Below are positions 60,961 through 64,000 of a stretch of DNA of 64,000 bases, one piece after another. The DNA is from Felis catus (Eukaryota). Location: positions 28,026,001-28,090,000 of the forward strand of contig NC_058368.1 of assembly GCF_018350175.1 (NCBI RefSeq), given 5' to 3'. Positions within the stretch are counted from its first letter, which is position 1; every line of letters begins with the position of its first letter. Below the pieces are notes generated by a model that did no database searches, was not told the origin of the DNA, and saw nothing but the letters and a program-made list of their open reading frames with translations. Both the position numbers and the translations under genes were made by a program.

Positions 60961-63900
60961 TTTGCAATCTTTCTTCCAAAAGATGTGTACATTTCATGAG
61001 GAACTTCCATTCCACCAACATAAGTTCATTATTAAGTTCAGGCCTTTGAGAAAACGAAGCTTCTGCAGAATCCACAGAAAAAGGAAAAAAAAGTAGGCTT
61101 TGCCCAAGAGAGTGACATACCATGATTTTAAGGCCCTCATAAGAGAGTTTAAACTATCAATTTTTTCAGGGGAAATTACTGTCTCTGAAGCCGGCCCTGA
61201 TCCTCAGGTTCTTAGTTCTGGATGCTACTAATGGAGTAAGTAACTACTAGCTCATTCCTTTGCCCAAAGGAAAGGACACCTCTTTCAGTTTTCAAAACAG
61301 AAGATTCTACAGGATTTCTCTATAAACACTGAAAGCCAGTTGCAATATGAGTAACATTATAACTGGTCCTCATCTGATAAGATCACAGAGGCTGTCGCTA
61401 CTAATAGCTGGAGTAGTGGTCAAGACGCTGACCGGCTCCTGTAAAGAAAATCCGTCAGCAAAGGAGAGGGGAGGGGAGGCGGGTAAATGATTAGGAAATA
61501 GAATTTTTAAATTACGAGAGTAGAAGTATCATCAACGTGTTACTAATCAGAAGGATAGATTTCTGTTTCATAGCTAAAGTCTAGCACTCGCTGTGTACAA
61601 ATTTTTTATTGTAAGAAGTGACACAAGCCTAAATCATCATAATGTGAATCAATAACTAATTAGCATTTATAAATGCAGCTTCTGGGAAACGTATTTCAGT
61701 TTCATAGCAGAGAAGCCAGAGCATCGATTAGCGAAGCCAAAAGTGAGGCTGACACATGCTTGGCCTGCCCCGAATGACCCTACAGACTAAATGTGGAACG
61801 GCAGGTTGAGTCAGAGCTGTGTCCCCCACAGTGTGCCAGTGTAACCCCAAATCAACAAGTAGACCCAGAGAGACAGGATGAGGCTTGAGGTGCTCAGGTT
61901 TCCCCGTAAGTCACTGGGAATGGGCCGTCTTCCCTGGATTCTTTTCTAGGCGGGCCTAATGGAAATGCAGGAGCCAAAAGGAAGCGGGAGGGGAGTGCAG
62001 AAAGCAGCTTCAGGGAACAGGAGCTGCCTCACACGTAGTGTTTTGGAAAGACGCAAGTGTGCGTGAGTCTGGTGGGTTTGGAGAAGCCGACTCACAAAGA
62101 CAGACGCCTTTAAAATTCGCATGCGTTCCTTCCTTCAGATTTGGCATGTGTTAGAAAGATGACTGACGTGGGATATTTGCAACGAGCACACAATCCCACT
62201 TGCCAGAGCGTCCGGTGTGTGTGTTGGTTTCCTGACATGATTTTGTCAGTCCTCAGCGCTTTCACTTCGTCGCTGCTGAGTGTTGACAGGCTCTGCTTCC
62301 ATCTCAGTCAGATGCGGCTGCCTCCTTATTCCTCGAGGGCCACTAGAGAAACGGAACGTTCCTCTGAGGCAAGGGCCGGGGATTCGAGGCGAAAAGAAAA
62401 AAGATGAAAACACGTAAGAAGGATGGAAATGGGAAAAGGGGTGAGTGAGAAGACAATACAGCAGTAAAATAGTGTGTGAGGGGAAGTCGGGTATTGAGTC
62501 CTGCATTTCAGATCCCGGAAAGCCTCGAGCATCACTAGAAAAGAGGAAAAGCCTTTTCTATACCTCCACACCCTTGGCACAGCCCCTTGTTACAGCTTAC
62601 TCCTTCAAGGCACAGGCCAGTCTACACCAACATTTCATTAAGTCATAGGTTCATTCCAGCAGAGCTCTAACAATCCCTACCAGGTTGTTAACATATGCAA
62701 GCTCAACGTTACAGTCAGGCTGAATTTTCGAGGTTTTCTATAAAGGATCTCCCTTAGTATTGCAGACCATCCGCCATGTTAGTTCCCCAGTCTGGCTGGT
62801 GCCACCATGTATTGTCGCACAAGATCCTGGGTTCTTTCCAACCCTAGACTTTGGGTTTTAGCTCATCTTTGAGAGATTGCACGTCAGTTGCCTCTAAATT
62901 AAAAATAGTAATGGATATCCTACTCTATATTCACTTTCGGAACCTTTCAGCCCACATACTATCCAGCCCAATTTAATTTCTGTAACTTCTGTGATTCCCA
63001 GGATTGGGTTCAATGGCCATTTCTCTGATACCACAGCGTGCTCTACAGGTCCATGCCCTGGAGCTCACCTCCCACACTCTTATGAGGCTCCTCCCCACCA
63101 GAAGGGAAACTTCTCAAGGGCGGGAAGAATGCTGTAGAATCCTCAGTGTGTAGAATGCTGTAGAATCCACAGTGCCTAGCACATAGTGCTCCGTAAATAA
63201 TGTGGAACAAATGAACGTTATTCACCTGTGCAAATGACAGAATCACATCATAGGAGCTAGGGCAGCTAATTAGGTTCTTTATATAACAACATTTTGTGTC
63301 CGAGGAGAGTGGAGAAATTCCGATTGCACATCATTTTTCCTTAAAGCAAGGCTCAGCGATTGGGATATGCGTCACTGAAATCATATTTTGTGCCAATCTA
63401 CTTCAGAGTTACTGATAGGTTTAAAACAATAGGTGCATTTTGGACAATGATTGAGTGCTACAATCATAGCTTTGCTGTTTTCAATGTACAATTTCTTCTT
63501 TAGCATCTGCTATTTCTTTCCTCTTTCCATTCTTCACAACCATCAAGAAACATTTATCCGCGAATGTCAAGTGCCTTATATTATGGTTTCCTGTGCCTTC
63601 CTAAGTTGCTTGTTTTCTTACATCTCTTTCAAGTGAGTAACCAGCAGAGTTGGGACAGCTCCCCACATAAATTTCCATGAGGTCGAGGATCTAGTCCATC
63701 GCTAATGTTTCCTCACCATGGTAAGCCATAAAATGTTCAGGGGCCCCTCCAGGTCAAATGGTTGTCCTGCAGGGCATTAGGAACTTGTGCACAATATCAT
63801 TTTCTTCTCATGACATAGCATGACACAAACTGTTCTTTTTTGAGCGACGAAGCCTCTATTTTCGATCTGGCTACGTTCTTGCATACAAATTCCTTATAAA

Positions 63901-64000
63901 TTATTTTTCAAATTCTGAGGTTCACTAATTCAATTAAATCCATTCTTAATTTTTAATTAAATCTGCATTTCTCCTGGTAACCTTTGGAAAGATGGAAGCC

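Noticed and set aside
1..64000. CRISPR array, prokaryote-type system, or intact endogenous viral genes
   Set aside because: No regularly spaced direct repeats and no gag/pol/env or non-retroviral viral ORFs were recognisable; LTR elements are solo or heavily decayed.

Overview
Mammalian genomic DNA from a felid carnivore, judged from about 24 tRNA-derived CAN-SINE (SINEC) copies and cat-type L1 ORF2 fragments. The window is almost entirely non-coding. It is a mosaic of SINEC, L1, MIR, L2, CR1/L3, ERVL/MaLR LTRs and hAT-Charlie DNA transposons, separated by unique stretches that look like developmental enhancers. The only host-gene candidate is a pair of phase-compatible spliced exons at the far left (23/50-65 and 945-1008, with AATAAA at 1124), which looks like the 3' end of a plus-strand gene I cannot name. 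The long entries in the ORF track are decayed L1 ORF2 or chance frames. I found no convincing novel protein-coding system. The most notable signals are these candidate terminal exons, several unusual retrotransposition/repair scars, a perfect (CG)15(CA)21 tract, and a G43 tract embedded in a CpG-rich, motif-dense putative enhancer at 50.8-51.5 kb. The scars are a solitary poly(A) insertion, a tailless SINE head, a hairpin-templated L1 deletion junction and a both-ends-intact L1 missing about 3 kb. Repeat family names come from recalled consensus sequences, not from a database search.
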